From the sequence record LR535904.1: 64,000 nt of DNA; one strand, given 5' to 3'. Below, piece after piece: positions 50,018 to 62,197 of this stretch; positions within the stretch are counted from its first letter, which is position 1; the number at the start of each line of letters is the position of its first letter. Made by a program: the position numbers and the translations under genes. The notes under the pieces were generated by a model, which ran no database searches, was not told where the DNA came from, and saw only the letters and a program-made list of their open reading frames with translations.

Positions 50018-50377
50018 TTCGTCGTATTTTTTTTTGATCTCGGCAAGACGCATAAACTGCCCGTAGGGGAGCCTAAGTGCCTGGAATAATTATACCCGAG
50101 TGCTAGAACACTCGGGTAATTCCACGCATATAAATAGCCCGTACCATTAAAGGACTAGGAGGTGAGATAATACTCAACAAGAGATAACAGGAATATTTGA
50201 AACAAGTCGCTTTTCAACAACGTCTGCAAGAGGTTACCCGCCAACCGCAGACTTCCATTCACATCCACTTAGAGGTTAACATGAATACCTTTATGCAACA
50301 ACTGCGTCAGCAACAGCTTTTATATTTATTTTCCGAAAAGAAAATAAAAGGCGCTCTCTCCCGAAGGAGAGAGCTTA

Positions 50378-51277
50378 AAGATCAACGAAGTTGATTATAA
50401 ACCGTAGTAGTACCCCTCTTACCTTCGGGTAAGAGGGGTACCGAGAACCCATCGCTACACTTCGCAGACGATGAACATTGCTTGTCCGGCTTGCGGTTCG
50501 AAGGCACCAGTGGTTGGCTGGACGTGTTCTGGCTGTAACCGCAACCATGTCGCTACACTTCGTAAATTTCACGCGGTGGTCGCACTGTTAAAAGAAGACA
50601 CTCCTGCCCCGAAACAAATTCAACGTTGGTTCACGGCGCGTTTGGACGCCGACTGGGAGGCGCACGTTAACGCAGAGGCAAATCTTAAGTTTGTGATGTC
50701 TCATGAAGAAGAAAATCAAGACGGCCTTGGCCAGAAGACGCCAATCAGCGACACCGTAGACGGGATTAAAGTAGAGAACGTTGTGCAATGGGGTCGTGGC
50801 AATACTGTCTTTGCAACAGCTGAAGCTTGTTATCTCACCTATCCAACTTTTAACTATCCACGATTGGAAGCCGCACAGAAGGATGCTAAGGGCGATGAGG
50901 CCATGGCACTGTTTGAAGTGCTGCAGGGTATCAATGCGCTAACGACCAAAATCCAACAACTTGAAGGTTTCCACTGCATCTCTCGTGCGCTGTGCAAGGT
51001 AATGGCAACCATTACAGACAGCAAAAAGCGTATCGCTGACCTGGAGCAGCAAGAGCGTTTCCTCGATGAAAACCGCAAAACGTCAATGTATAGCGCTGAC
51101 AAACGTCGCACCTACGTCGTGTTGGTCGAAGGGCAGAGCTACGGCCTGTCTTCTTACGACCACGAAGTATTGGCTAGCGATCCGTTAACCGATGCAGCCA
51201 TTGTCCAGCTGGACCGTGGACTAAAAATGTACAGCATTACTGATTTTATCAAAAGTTCGGATTTCCCCCTACCTTTC
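50378..51277 (+). CDS. Hypothetical protein with C-terminal zinc ribbon (~286 aa)
   Basis: ATG 51227, MYSITDFIKSSDF...WTCSGCN...IACPACGKINEVDYKP*, followed by a terminator. Confidence 0.7.
50411..50437 (+). terminator. Rho-independent terminator (same hairpin as after tmk)
   Basis: ccctcttacc-ttcg-ggtaagaggg. Confidence 0.85.
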
Positions 51278-52057
51278 TGAAGGTGTTTACTTCCCATTCC
51301 GTGATATTAGTTTAGACGACTTTATTAACTCTCTTAACTACCCCGCAACTGTTCTGGATTGGCAACGTGCCATTAGTGAACACTACACGATTCCGCTCAA
51401 CGGCTATGTTTACAACGCAATTCCGCCGATTACGCATCCTAACTTTGAGGTTGTGAAAAAAGAGGAAATGTTCTACATGGAGCCGAAGTTCCGTGCAGCG
51501 TTCCCATCGAAAAATATCAAGGCGATCTATATTCCTGACGGTAAGGGCGGTTATCGTTTCTGGGAAGGCCAGGAAGTGGTTCTTGACCAGTACGGACGAT
51601 TTGTTCCGCTATCCATGGATTCCCCTATACCCCGTGAGAACATGAAAATGATTAATGAGAAGCTCCAAAAGTATTTAAAGAATGACACCGACTGGATGGG
51701 AAGAAGTAGTATAGATAATTTAATACCACCTACGGGTGGTATTATTTTTTGCCTAAGAAAAGCGCACTACCGAAGCCGGACTGGAAAGAAGAGCTGGCGA
51801 AGTTCCGTGGGGAACTCGATAACGAAACAGTAGAGGTGAATCCACAAACCTCAGAACGTACGTTTATCGTGGGGCCGCTAATGGGCGTTTTAGTTAATTA
51901 CGATGGTAAAAACGGAATCGTGCTTCGCGAAGTGGAACGCGCAAGTCTTACTCGTCTCACCGACAGGTAATGTGTTTCCAATGCAGCAGGAGATTTAGTG
52001 GGATAATCTCACTAACGGTGTTCGTCATCAGGACGAAGAAGAAATTGTTCACGTTAC

Positions 52058-52297
52058 AATGGACTTTTCTGATACGCAGTTTGCCGAGTTCTTATCTCAC
52101 CCGCGTGTTAAACGTGAAAGATTACAACAAGTGCATCGATAACGGTAACTCTGTTGCCATGTGTACAGGTCGCGGCTGTGCCATCTTCGCCATCGTTGCT
52201 GTTGTTGCTTTCGCGGTACTGTCTATCACTGTAACTCATCAACTCAATCGACTATTAATCTAAAGGAGTATTACCATGTTAACTCGTAACCATAAAC
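52058..52297 (+). CDS. 47-aa single-pass membrane peptide (absent from ORF track)
   Basis: RBS taaaggagtattaccATG (52276): MLTRNHKRAIFAIVAVVAFAVLSITVTQDYNKCIDNGNSVAMCTGRG*; first gene after the promoter at 52320. Confidence 0.8.
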
Positions 52298-52319
52298 GGT
52301 GTACTCTGAATAAAAATAA

Positions 52320-52343
52320 TTTCAGATATATATTACCTAGGTG
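52320..52343 (+). promoter_or_regulatory. Phage early promoter
   Basis: tttcagatatatattacctaggtg. Confidence 0.85.
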
Positions 52344-52477
52344 ATAGAAGACAATCTGGTAGAACGACCCTCTAAAGTGATAAAAGCTCTCAAAACGCGT
52401 TTGAGGGCGTTATAGAGACCAGGTCTCTTTATTTTAGCCCTCTAAACGCACTCACAACCTTCTAAAGCCTCTCTAAC

Positions 52478-53317
52478 GAAGTTGCGGTCTCTCAGAGCCT
52501 GGATTTGATGTAAAAGTGTGCCTGGTCTCCTTGTGAGGTTGAAGTGATTAACGATCGTCGCTTTACATTGTCAGTGACCAGCGGCATCAGTGAACCGCAG
52601 AACGATAACAGTGTACTGCCAATCGCCGACAAGTATTCACTGCGTGCGAGCGAAGCAGTCGGTCCGTATATCACTTTCAACTCGTACATTCCGTTCCCGG
52701 CACAGATTCTGCCGCCGGTTATCTCTTCGGATGAAGGGATGTCGAATAACGTGAACGAAGTGTTCCCGATGATGCAAATCGGCGAATCGCGCGATCCAGA
52801 ATACACCGTTGGCTTGCGTGCCTGTCTGCGTCACTCCATCCTGCCAGAGCACTTCGCTGCAGACGACTACGATTTCAACGTGTTCCGTTTCGCATTGAAA
52901 CTCGCCGTGAATGTTATTCCGGGTGACGTGACCACTTACCCTGAATACGTACAGCGTCCGATTTCAGCTGCGCTGGCGGGACAGTACGGTTTCGCGAATG
53001 CGTATTTCCTGGCACAGGCAATCGAAGATAAAGGCGGGCTGGGTTATCACTTGTTCCTGCACTGCGTAACCACTGCATTGGATAAAACAGTGGCAGTTAT
53101 TTATACTGCTGACGGTGTGCAGAGTAAGAAGGACCTGCTGGTTAAGGTACTGCCGCAAAGCGGTGAGGTGCAGTTGGATTTTGTCATGGCATCGACGCTC
53201 GACATTGATGCGTATGAAGCCGCTAACTTCACCAAACCGACCAAGCTCTGGGATCGCCTTAAGGAAAATATTGCAATGAAAGCGATTCACACCTTTCGCA
53301 TGACCGGCCAAACTGTT
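52478..53317 (+). CDS. Hypothetical protein (~265 aa)
   Basis: RBS cttaaggaaaatattgcaATG, MKAIHTFRMTGQTV... Terminator cctggtctc-cttgt-gagaccagg rejoins after the stop. Confidence 0.7.
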
Positions 53318-54697
53318 GCCTTTGGCTCAAAGATGAAAAATTTACAGCTTAGTCATCTAGTATGACCCGTAAGTAACAGTCTGCTGTCGACGGTCAAACG
53401 ATGGCGTCCGGGCGCTATAACACCCAATCTCAACTGATTTTTGCCAACGAGTATGGGGTCTATACCCGCTACGGCACGTTGGTGGGTGAAGTGTTCCAAA
53501 CAACATGGAACCGTTCAACGCACGGCATCCTATATCCCGGTATGCCGGTAAAATACGTTAGCGATACCGATAAACCACAGCGGTCTAAACTGGAGATGAG
53601 CCTGGGTACGATTGTGCCTGACCCTGCTGCGTATCCAGGTGGTGTGGTTAACGCACCAATCGATCCTGATAAGCACTGTAGTTCATTTACGCCTGGCGAC
53701 ATCAGTATGACCACACCTGATAAATTTGTGGCACAGGCCGCGCTTAACCAGGGTACGGGTTACCGGGTAGGGTCTGTACGTGTGTTGGATGGGCGTAGTA
53801 ATGTTATCTATCTGATTTGCGGCGGCGACACCAGTAGTTTGGAATACCGTGACCAGGTCATCTATAATCTGCCTCGTGAACAGGCTGCTCACATTGACCG
53901 CACCACCGATATTGCGGGGTATCTGTATCGACCTTGGGACTCGTTGAAGTTTAATAACACAACGAAGCCTAAACTGGTGCAGAACCATTACGGTGTTTAC
54001 AGCAAAGGTATTGGGGTCTTCCAATACCTACAACGTTAGGCATATCGGGACATTGTCATACCCGACTCCGAAGACTTCTTAAGCGTGTTTGATTATCCGG
54101 AAGGGGTGGCTGCAGAGGGGCAGTTGAAAGGGATTGAATACGACGAGGAAGAACAGCGCATCTACCACGAAACAGATGGGTTAACAGTGGCTCGCTCGAT
54201 ATTGGCGGATACGTTGCTGGTAACATTGGAGCTGATGGATGAGTCGATGTGGTTCCTGCGTAATCGTCAAGTGGGCGACCACAACGCGGAATCACCGACG
54301 ATGTTCTTGAGTCAGTCTGATGAGAAATCTATCGCATGTCGTGGACAGAAAATCGCGGGGGTCTTTAACTACCGCGGCATCGTGATAAATAACCGCGGCC
54401 ACATGCGAATGATCACATCGTCCGCAGAAGGGGATTTGAAGGTAAAGCTGTTACTGCCCGGTCACTTTACGCGTGATATCTGTTTGTTGACACATCTCAC
54501 CCTGGCTATACCCTACATATTCCTCACGGTACACGGTGCCCCAGTGACGGTGTTGAAGATGCTGTCTATCATTCACAAACAGATGGCGAACGGTCACATC
54601 GCTAATGCTCGGGGGTTACCGGCTATCGACTACGGGAAAACGTATTGAGTACGCTTATAGAGCCCGAGGAGGTCGCTAATGTCGTTTGGTCGGTTAC
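53318..54697 (+). CDS. Virion structural protein, baseplate hub-like (~437 aa)
   Basis: ATG 54679; TTWNRSTHGILYPGMPVKY motif. Track ORFs 53401-54039 and 54085-54648 are one gene (junction-made TAG at 54037-39). Confidence 0.6.
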
Positions 54698-55237
54698 TCG
54701 TTATTTGGGCAGGTCCGCCTGGAGTCTAAACTCCACCGTTTTAATGATACGATTATGGTGGCTAACCGCTACGGGTATTTCAAGAAACCCACCGCAACGA
54801 TGGCGGACTGTGTTCAGCGGGAAGTCCCTATCGAAGGGTTGCGTCAGTTCAATGTGCTGGCTTCGAAACTGTTTCCTTGGATTATGGAACACCTTGCGGA
54901 CTGGCTGAACTATCTGGAGAACCCGACGCTGATTTACTTAGCGACAGGTGGTGCGTTGGATGTACACGACCCGCATGACGGGATTAAAGTGTACGGGCAA
55001 GCGTTGTTACTGAACATGAAACCTATCTATCTGCACCCCTCAGAAGCTGCTGAGTATATCACAACCTACGCCAGTCAGGAACACGGATTGTTCTTGCCAG
55101 AAGACCCGAAGAAACGAAGTGCAGCATTTATGCTGTTTAAAGCGTGGGTGTTCTTCCGGGTACCGGAATACGCAACCCGTCCCGATGGTCTACGTGATTT
55201 TGAAATACGCGAGGTAGTAATGTCGGAGAAGAAGCGC
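54638..55237 (+). CDS. Conserved hypothetical protein (~179 aa)
   Basis: ATG 55220, MSEKKRSAAFMLFKAWVFFRVPEYAT... Confidence 0.6.
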
Positions 55238-56557
55238 AGTGGCTGCGCGTTTAGCAGAATTGGTACTGGCTTTACCGAAGGATAGTCAGTTCTATTACAG
55301 CTCGGTTCTGGAGCATTGTTTGTACCTGTATCTGAACAAACAACCAGTACCTAGTGATTTTCTGCCGTTGACGTATAAACCCTACCTGTTAAGCGAAACG
55401 TTCTATAGCGGCTCGTAAGCATTCGAACCGGTTATGTTCCCTGAGTATCAGGGCAACGCAGGCGAGGATATGGTGGCTTACTTTACATCACAGATTCGTC
55501 AGTTGGCAACGTACGATGGGGAGTGGCCAGAGTTCGACACATTCAGAACGATGCAGACCCGCAACACCATTGCATGGTCACAGTTCAGTTCGACGCGAAA
55601 TCAACAGCCAGAACTACTACCGTACGTCGAGAAAGAATGCAGCGCAGTTAACCCGCGTATTTACCCACACCCGCCGAAACCTGTGCAGGATATCGAAACA
55701 CTGTTCACGGTGTTGTTCGTTTTCTTGGCGATGTTTGTGAAGGCTATTGGTCTTCGAACCGTTGGTAAAGATATCCGAACCCTCGCCTATCCACGTGACT
55801 GGAAACTCGACGGGTTAAAGGCGGGGGGTTATTACGAAGACCGCATTAAGGACATTGAGACGACGTTTGTTCGCCGTTTCTACGATACCAGTTTAGAGTG
55901 GACCGGTGGTGATACCTTACTGACCCCCAACGAGTATCGTACGTTCCTGGAGCTGGGGATTGCAGAGACGATTCGTCTGTGCACTGTGAGAACGCTCCAT
56001 TACGTCCGTGAGCGCGCGAACAACAAAATTGCAACGTACCAGATACGTTACACGATGTTGTACGAGATTACACCGCATGCGCCGATAGGCGACCATCGCC
56101 ACGGTCTGTTTAACATCACTGCCGTTACCCGAATGTCACTGACCGGGACGTCGACCCTGGTAGCATCGATTACACCGAACGAGGGTGACTTCTTTGTGTC
56201 ATTACGTGTTAACGCACCGCTCGACCGTACGCAGGACGAACAACGTAAGACTTTCGAGACGATGTTCGATACTCAGAATGACAGCCCTACGCAACAGCTG
56301 CTTAAGATTGTTAATCTCGAAGGTTCTGAATGGCCGGTTGATTTTTATCACGCGTTGTCGGGTCGCAACGATCCGAAAACCCGCACCACGGTAACGGACT
56401 TCGACAGGATTCCGAAACAGTATCTCCTGCAATACAATCCGATTATCAATAAACCGCAGGACGGGGTGAAAGAAGCCAGCAACTTGGTAACGATTCCGAT
56501 AATGCTCAAGGCGAACAAGAGGGGTGATACTAAATTCGTTCCTGTTGAACCTGAAAT
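55178..56557 (+). CDS. Virion structural (baseplate-region) protein (~451 aa)
   Basis: ATG 56502, MLKANKRGDTKF...NLEGSEWPVDFY...C-terminus FYYVPMVYVILKYAR*. Confidence 0.65.
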
Positions 56558-58057
56558 TTCTATCGCCGTGTCCTGTTGACGCAATTTAATACCACGATTA
56601 TAGCCATCAGAGGAGCCCCGGATTGGTGGTGGGATAAACCTGTGTTACCACCAAGTGTGATTGATGAAATCACGAAGCATCTTTATCCAAAAGCGGCAAA
56701 AGTGCTTATTGAGTGGTTATTCCCAGATTGGGATTGCGCGTACTACTTAACAGAGTCGGCAATACACGACTGGCGTAATCTGGACTTATGGCCACTGTTC
56801 TACCATTGGGAAAACGGTGTCTTCTCGCTACGTAACCGTGAAGTTCATGTCGAGAAAGGTCAGACGGGCATTATCCGTATGGAGTTGTTCGAGAACGGTC
56901 AAATCATTGAACCACGTTATGTTTGGAACGCTGAGGTGGTTCCTTATATCGAACACTGCCGCACGATAGACCCGACAGTAGCATTCGGTGAAGAAAACAT
57001 GACCGATCCTGAAGTTTGTAGCATTGACGACCTGCCGCAGTTTGAACGTACACACTCGCCGCTAAAAGCAAAGCTTCTGCATGTGTTCGGCACCGATTGG
57101 TGGATTAATGAATCTCGCCAGTTCTTACGCCTGCCGTATCTGCTGTCACCGACAGAATTTGTGAGTAATGAAGAGGGCGTGCAACGTCACCAACAGCAAA
57201 AGAACCTTGACGGCACTCCGTACATCATCAACCAGACACCGTTGCCTGATGAATGGTGGCCTGAGATAGACCCACCGGAGACCAGCTTCGTTATACGCTT
57301 CTCATATCAGCGACCCGAAGAGGTGGTGATTACCTACCGTATCGAGACGGTTTACGATGTTATCTCTCCTACCTGGGATAACGACGAAAACCATTACTTC
57401 ACCACAGGTAATGTCGCCGGTGGTCAGAATGTCTTAGCGGTACGCTACGCACCAACCCGTGTACCGAAGTACGACGACTTTAAAGATTATCTAAAGGCGC
57501 ACTTCACACCAGACGTTTACCTGATTCCAAAGCCTGCGCTTAAGCTATTGAACGAATGCTATATCGCCGCAGGGACACGCCTGGATTCACTTATCGACAT
57601 GGGTCGCTATTCGACCATGACGGAATCCGAAGCGTACGTGACTATCACGCTACGGCGTGTCGGCCCATCGCGTGACGAATTGTTACGTTGGGCGAACCCA
57701 TTCTTCCATAACCCCGAAGACCAAGTACGCGCTGCTCCTGTCCGCGTAATGTATAACGAAGAAGAACGTGATGAACGCGCACGCATTAACCGTCAAGTTG
57801 GGTTAGCGGCAGAGATTACGCTCGGCGATGAGACACCGGTGGACTATTCAGCACCGAACCGTGTCTACGTCGAAGTGATTGAACGTGCCAGTGTTGTTTT
57901 CACGGATAGCTTCAACACCGCCCATCAGCCAGGCTCTAAGACCATGCGCAAAGCTGTGGTCGACGGCGTCGTAGAACGTGTGCTAAACGAATCTGGTTGA
58001 TATGACTACAACGAGGGACAGCTAATGCAACAGTATTTTGAAATTCCGTCGTTGGAC
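56498..58057 (+). CDS. Virion structural (baseplate-region) protein (~500 aa)
   Basis: ATG 58025, MQQYFEIPSLDKTMRKAVVDGVVERVL...FSYQRPE...QFLRLPY...LDLWPLFYHW...FYRRVLLTQF; tandem with the previous gene as in phiKZ-like phages. Confidence 0.65.
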
Positions 58058-58068
58058 GCACACTAAAA

Positions 58069-58102
58069 CACGAAGGGAGTTTCGGCTCCCTTTCTTTTTT
58101 TT
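58069..58102 (+). terminator. Rho-independent terminator
   Basis: gaagggag-tttcgg-ctcccttt followed by a long T-run. Confidence 0.8.
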
Positions 58103-58417
58103 TGCGTTTTAGGCCAGATCCGCAATCCGGTTGGACACAGCGGAATAAAATGTAAGAAGTGGCAGCTAGCTTGGCTGATGGGTAAAACGGTATCAGACAA
58201 GATGATTGAATTCGTTGTCGGGAAAACGATGGACATTAATGAGCCGGTCTATGCGCACATCAATGACCCTGATCAGGTTACAGCCCTCTCTATCGCGATC
58301 GTGCCACTGACCTCAATCGTGGTGTGTGAGGGTTCCTTCTATCTCATCTTCGGCAGTGGTTACGTGATGGAAGTAACCCCAAAAGCGGCTGAACTGGCGA
58401 GAGAATATACCGGATGT

Positions 58418-59017
58418 GGACGTATCAAATTTTAAATCGTATCGCTGGAGTTTAAAGTGGAAAAGAAATCTGTTAAGTTTTTCAAGTCGACTATACCATG
58501 ACCCATTTACCCGACGGCCAGAAACACACGCACCGTTCGCGTATTGACATTGCTGTTGAAGGTGCAGATGCTTTCTTCCCAGAAATCGACAGAGATGTTA
58601 TTGGCGGCGCATCAATTTATCAACAAACCCTCGCTCGTGCGGATCGTATTTATCTATTAGCCATCAAAGCTCTGGAACGTATCGAGAAAGATACCGGGAA
58701 AGAGCAAGAGGTGATGATCAGTGGCCGGGAAGAACACACGGACATGCGTCTGGTGACGTTTCACACGAGTATTGATTGTTGTCGTCCTTTGCCTAACCGC
58801 GGCAACTTAATTGTTACTCGTAACCCAGAAGGGTATATTAAGGCAATCACCACAGGGAAGAACGTTATCATGGGCAGTAAGACCTGGGAATCGTTAGACA
58901 ACGCCATCGGTAAAAACAACGAACTGCCGTGGCGTCTGCCTGCCGACCTGGCTAACTTTATCTAAAGCCCGTAGGAGCAAACCGTGAAACTCTCTATTAT
59001 CGTCGCGATGGACCGCA
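58418..59017 (+). CDS. folA: Dihydrofolate reductase (~183 aa)
   Basis: GTG 58984, MKLSIIVAMDRNNAIGKNNELPWRLPADLANFKAITTGKNVIMGSKTWESLGCRPLPNRGNLIVTR...[41 protein letters not shown]. Confidence 0.97.
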
Positions 59018-59977
59018 GTGACATTCTCGTATAGCCGTCTTGAATTTAGTCGTTATTTACGTCGCGCAATGAAAGAAAGTCTGTTGGTCGAAGTGGATGC
59101 CAGAACGGTATCACTGTCGGTGATTCTGGACTATCCGACTATTAGGCTTAAGAGGCCATTGGTTGGTAGTGGGATGTTTGCAGGTTGCTGTACGAACGAA
59201 GAAGACCTGGCAGAGGCCTTGTTGTTGCTCGGCGACAGAGAATGGCTTGGCACGCTAAACGTAGAACCGCAGATTCGCCTCCGTGTACGAGATGACGAAT
59301 ACTGTCTAGCGATAGTTCTTTTTTGGGATTGTGTGATGACTGATAAATTTAAATTTGAGATGACGCCAGAAACCGCAGTCTTACGACGCGCAGCGTATGG
59401 TTCAATGATTTAATAAGGTGGCCTAACAAGCCACCTTTGATGACCTGTTAGACGAAGCAGAGCAAACTCTACATGGTCGTGTTGTGAACCTCGCACCCGC
59501 GCCTTACAGCGCTGAGGGGATACGTGCAACGCTTTACATTCGCCAGACGCTCGTACGTCGTCGTAACGGTGAGCGTGTTCCGGTGACGATTGATGGTTAC
59601 CAGACCAAAATGGTCACGGGATTGTCCGACATGTCTAAAGTCTGTAGTCACGATTACGGTAAGTTGGAACATTTTGTCGAACTTAACAAACATTGCTCAG
59701 AGGGCATCATCGGTCTTTGGAAATACTTAATCGATGCCCGTCGTTCAGCAGGCACGCACATTCTAACGTACGGTGGGTACGAGTTTGTCGTCGAAAGTGT
59801 CATGGCAATCCCACGTCCAGTTATGATTGGTCTGGGCGTATTCATTTTAGAATGCGAAAGTAACGATAAATCATCGCCCCTTTGGGATGAGGTTACTACG
59901 CTGCAATTTAGTACCAGCCATTAATCTTAAGGAGTATTTATAATGAAACGTGTCAATCTTAAAGATATTATTAGCGT

Positions 59978-60817
59978 AAAACCGCTGAAGAACCAGCAGC
60001 GTAAATATTACGTTAGCCTGAAACCGTATGTAATCGACGTGGTTTCCTGGATGCTATCTTCGACTGTGCGAACTCGCTGATGAAACCAGTTGAAGTGCAA
60101 GAAGACGCAATTGAAGAAGAACGTCAGAACGCCCAGCGTGAAGCCATGAAGCCGTTCATGACCCTGGCAGAAAGCATGATGGAACACCCGGAGCTGACTG
60201 CTGAAGAAATTCAGGCGCTCGGGAATATCACCAAGGTCATCCGCCGTATTCCGATTCTGAATGCGCAGCCGAAAGTGAGCGAAGACCCACTGCAAGATTT
60301 CGGTACGCTGTTCGATACCATGCTGGGTGGCATGAAGACTGCTGTTGAATTGGTCATTGCCTTTGGTCTGGTTGCGACTCCGGCGGTACTGGAAATCTAT
60401 AATGGTAACAATTACCTGCAGATGGAAGACACTCCGTTCGCTGCGCACGTCACTGACGCCGCAGTCGATACACTGCGCCTGAAGAAAGGGGAAGAAATCA
60501 AATTCATTCCGGTGACCCTCTTTACACTGGATAACGTTGACGGTGTTAAACCGGAACTGTACGAAGTTCAGTACAAAGTCTGGCTGCGCGAAATCAACAA
60601 ACGCAAACTACCGCGCCGTATGGCGGTTGGCGACCTGCTGCAAGCAACCAACGGCTTTAAAATTATACTGTCCCCAATTCAATTCACCGGCTTACAAATC
60701 AATCTGCTTACTCTGGCTAATGGCTCTATCGAACGTAGCGAAGATGACGGTGCTATCTGAGATTGCATTGGTAATCTTTTAACCGACTATCACTTAAGGA
60801 ATATGAAAATGAAAACT
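59978..60817 (+). CDS. Hypothetical early protein (~250 aa)
   Basis: First gene after the promoter at 60856; RBS cttaaggaat; MKMKTINLLTLANG... ends KTAEEPAA*. Confidence 0.65.
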
Positions 60818-60855
60818 TTACCTTTTCTTTTTTTTTTGTCTCAGATTAGAAAAGA

Positions 60856-60877
60856 TTTCAGATATATATTACCTAGG
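60856..60877 (+). promoter_or_regulatory. Phage early promoter
   Basis: tttcagatatatattacctagg, continuing as |tg in block 60758. Confidence 0.85.
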
Positions 60878-62197
60878 TCGCTGCGTACGAAAAGTCTAAG
60901 TAATTAGACTGGCGAATCCCCCACTTCGGTGGGGGATGCGTTGCAACCGGCCAGAAAAACCTGATCGCCGGCGTTAACGGCTACATCAGCGCTGGTATCC
61001 GTGTTGCACGTCGTGCAATCACCGTTGCGAACCAGTACATCTCCTGGACCGAACGTTAACTGCTGAAACGTATCGACGGCGTGAAGATCGACGACAACGC
61101 AGAACTGACTTCCAACGACGTGAAAGCATACCACAAAAATAACCAGGCTCAAGAGCGTTACGAGCAGGCTATTGAGACTCAGACTCTGTCTTCCCTGGTT
61201 GCGTTCTTCAACCAGCTGGGTAAAGCAGTCGAAGAGACTTCCTTCAATGTTATCGACGCCGAAGGTAGCGTAGAGCAGTCTGTTTCTACTCCGTCTGAGC
61301 TGCTGGGCAACCAGATCGGTAAAGCCGAAGTGAAAGTGAACGGGGATGACCTGGAAGTGGGCTCTGGCTTTGCAGCAGCGGTTAACAAAGCAACTGCAGG
61401 TAAAGCGGGCGAAGTTCAGCAGGATGCAGTTGTTGCAGCCGCTACCACTATGGTTGGCGCAGTTGAAGGCGGCAAACTCGGTGACGACATCAACGTCCTG
61501 AAAGGCGTTCTGTCTTCTATCGGCAGCATCTACGGTGAGAAGAAAGACACCGTTAGCGGTGGGTTCATTAAGAACCTGACCACCGGTGGTAAGTTCGGTA
61601 AATCCATTCAGGCGCGTGCTAAGAAATATGACGCTGCTCTGCGTGGCCTGGGCAAGCACTGGCTGAAAGAACAAGGCCGTAAGGTTAAAGACCGTTGGCT
61701 GAAGTTCAGCAACCAGGGCCAGGTTGCTCGTGAAAGCCTGTGGGACGACATCAAAGCGTTCCTGCAGCGCATCTACGGTTGGGCATTCGACCACCGCGTA
61801 AGCGTTGCGCAGGAATCTTACGGTGCACGTAAGCGCCAAGATATGCCTGACGAAGCTGCTGAGCAGCTGGACGTTGCGCAGGAATCTATCCGTAAACCTG
61901 CTGAAGCTGCTGCTGACGGTGAAGGTGAAGATGGCGAAGAGCCAATGGAAGTGGAAGAAGCAGATGTGCTGGCAGAAGACGGCGACGAAACCGACGCGCA
62001 GCTGGAAGCAGTCGATGTAGAAGGTACTCTGGCTGACATCGAGCACGACACCAAACCGATCGACCAGCTGGATGCTGAATCTGTCGAAGGTACAGGTACT
62101 GTCGTTCCGGACGGTATCGAGCTGCCGGCTGAGTCCGGCGTACCGCCTAGAGGATAGAAAAAGATGGCTAACTTTGTAAAAAGTAAACTCGCGCGTG
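60878..62197 (+). CDS. Inner head protein paralog (SPN3US gp54/phiKZ gp93-like family, ~419 aa)
   Basis: ATG 62164, MANFVKSKLARES..., acidic propeptide, AQE at residues 107 and 124. Terminator atcccccac-ttcg-gtgggggat follows. Confidence 0.8.

Noticed and set aside
58498-58965. Novel circularly permuted DHFR (and likewise Dam at 20724-21410)
   Set aside because: These are not single permutations but full reversals of 20-aa units; reordering gives canonical enzymes.
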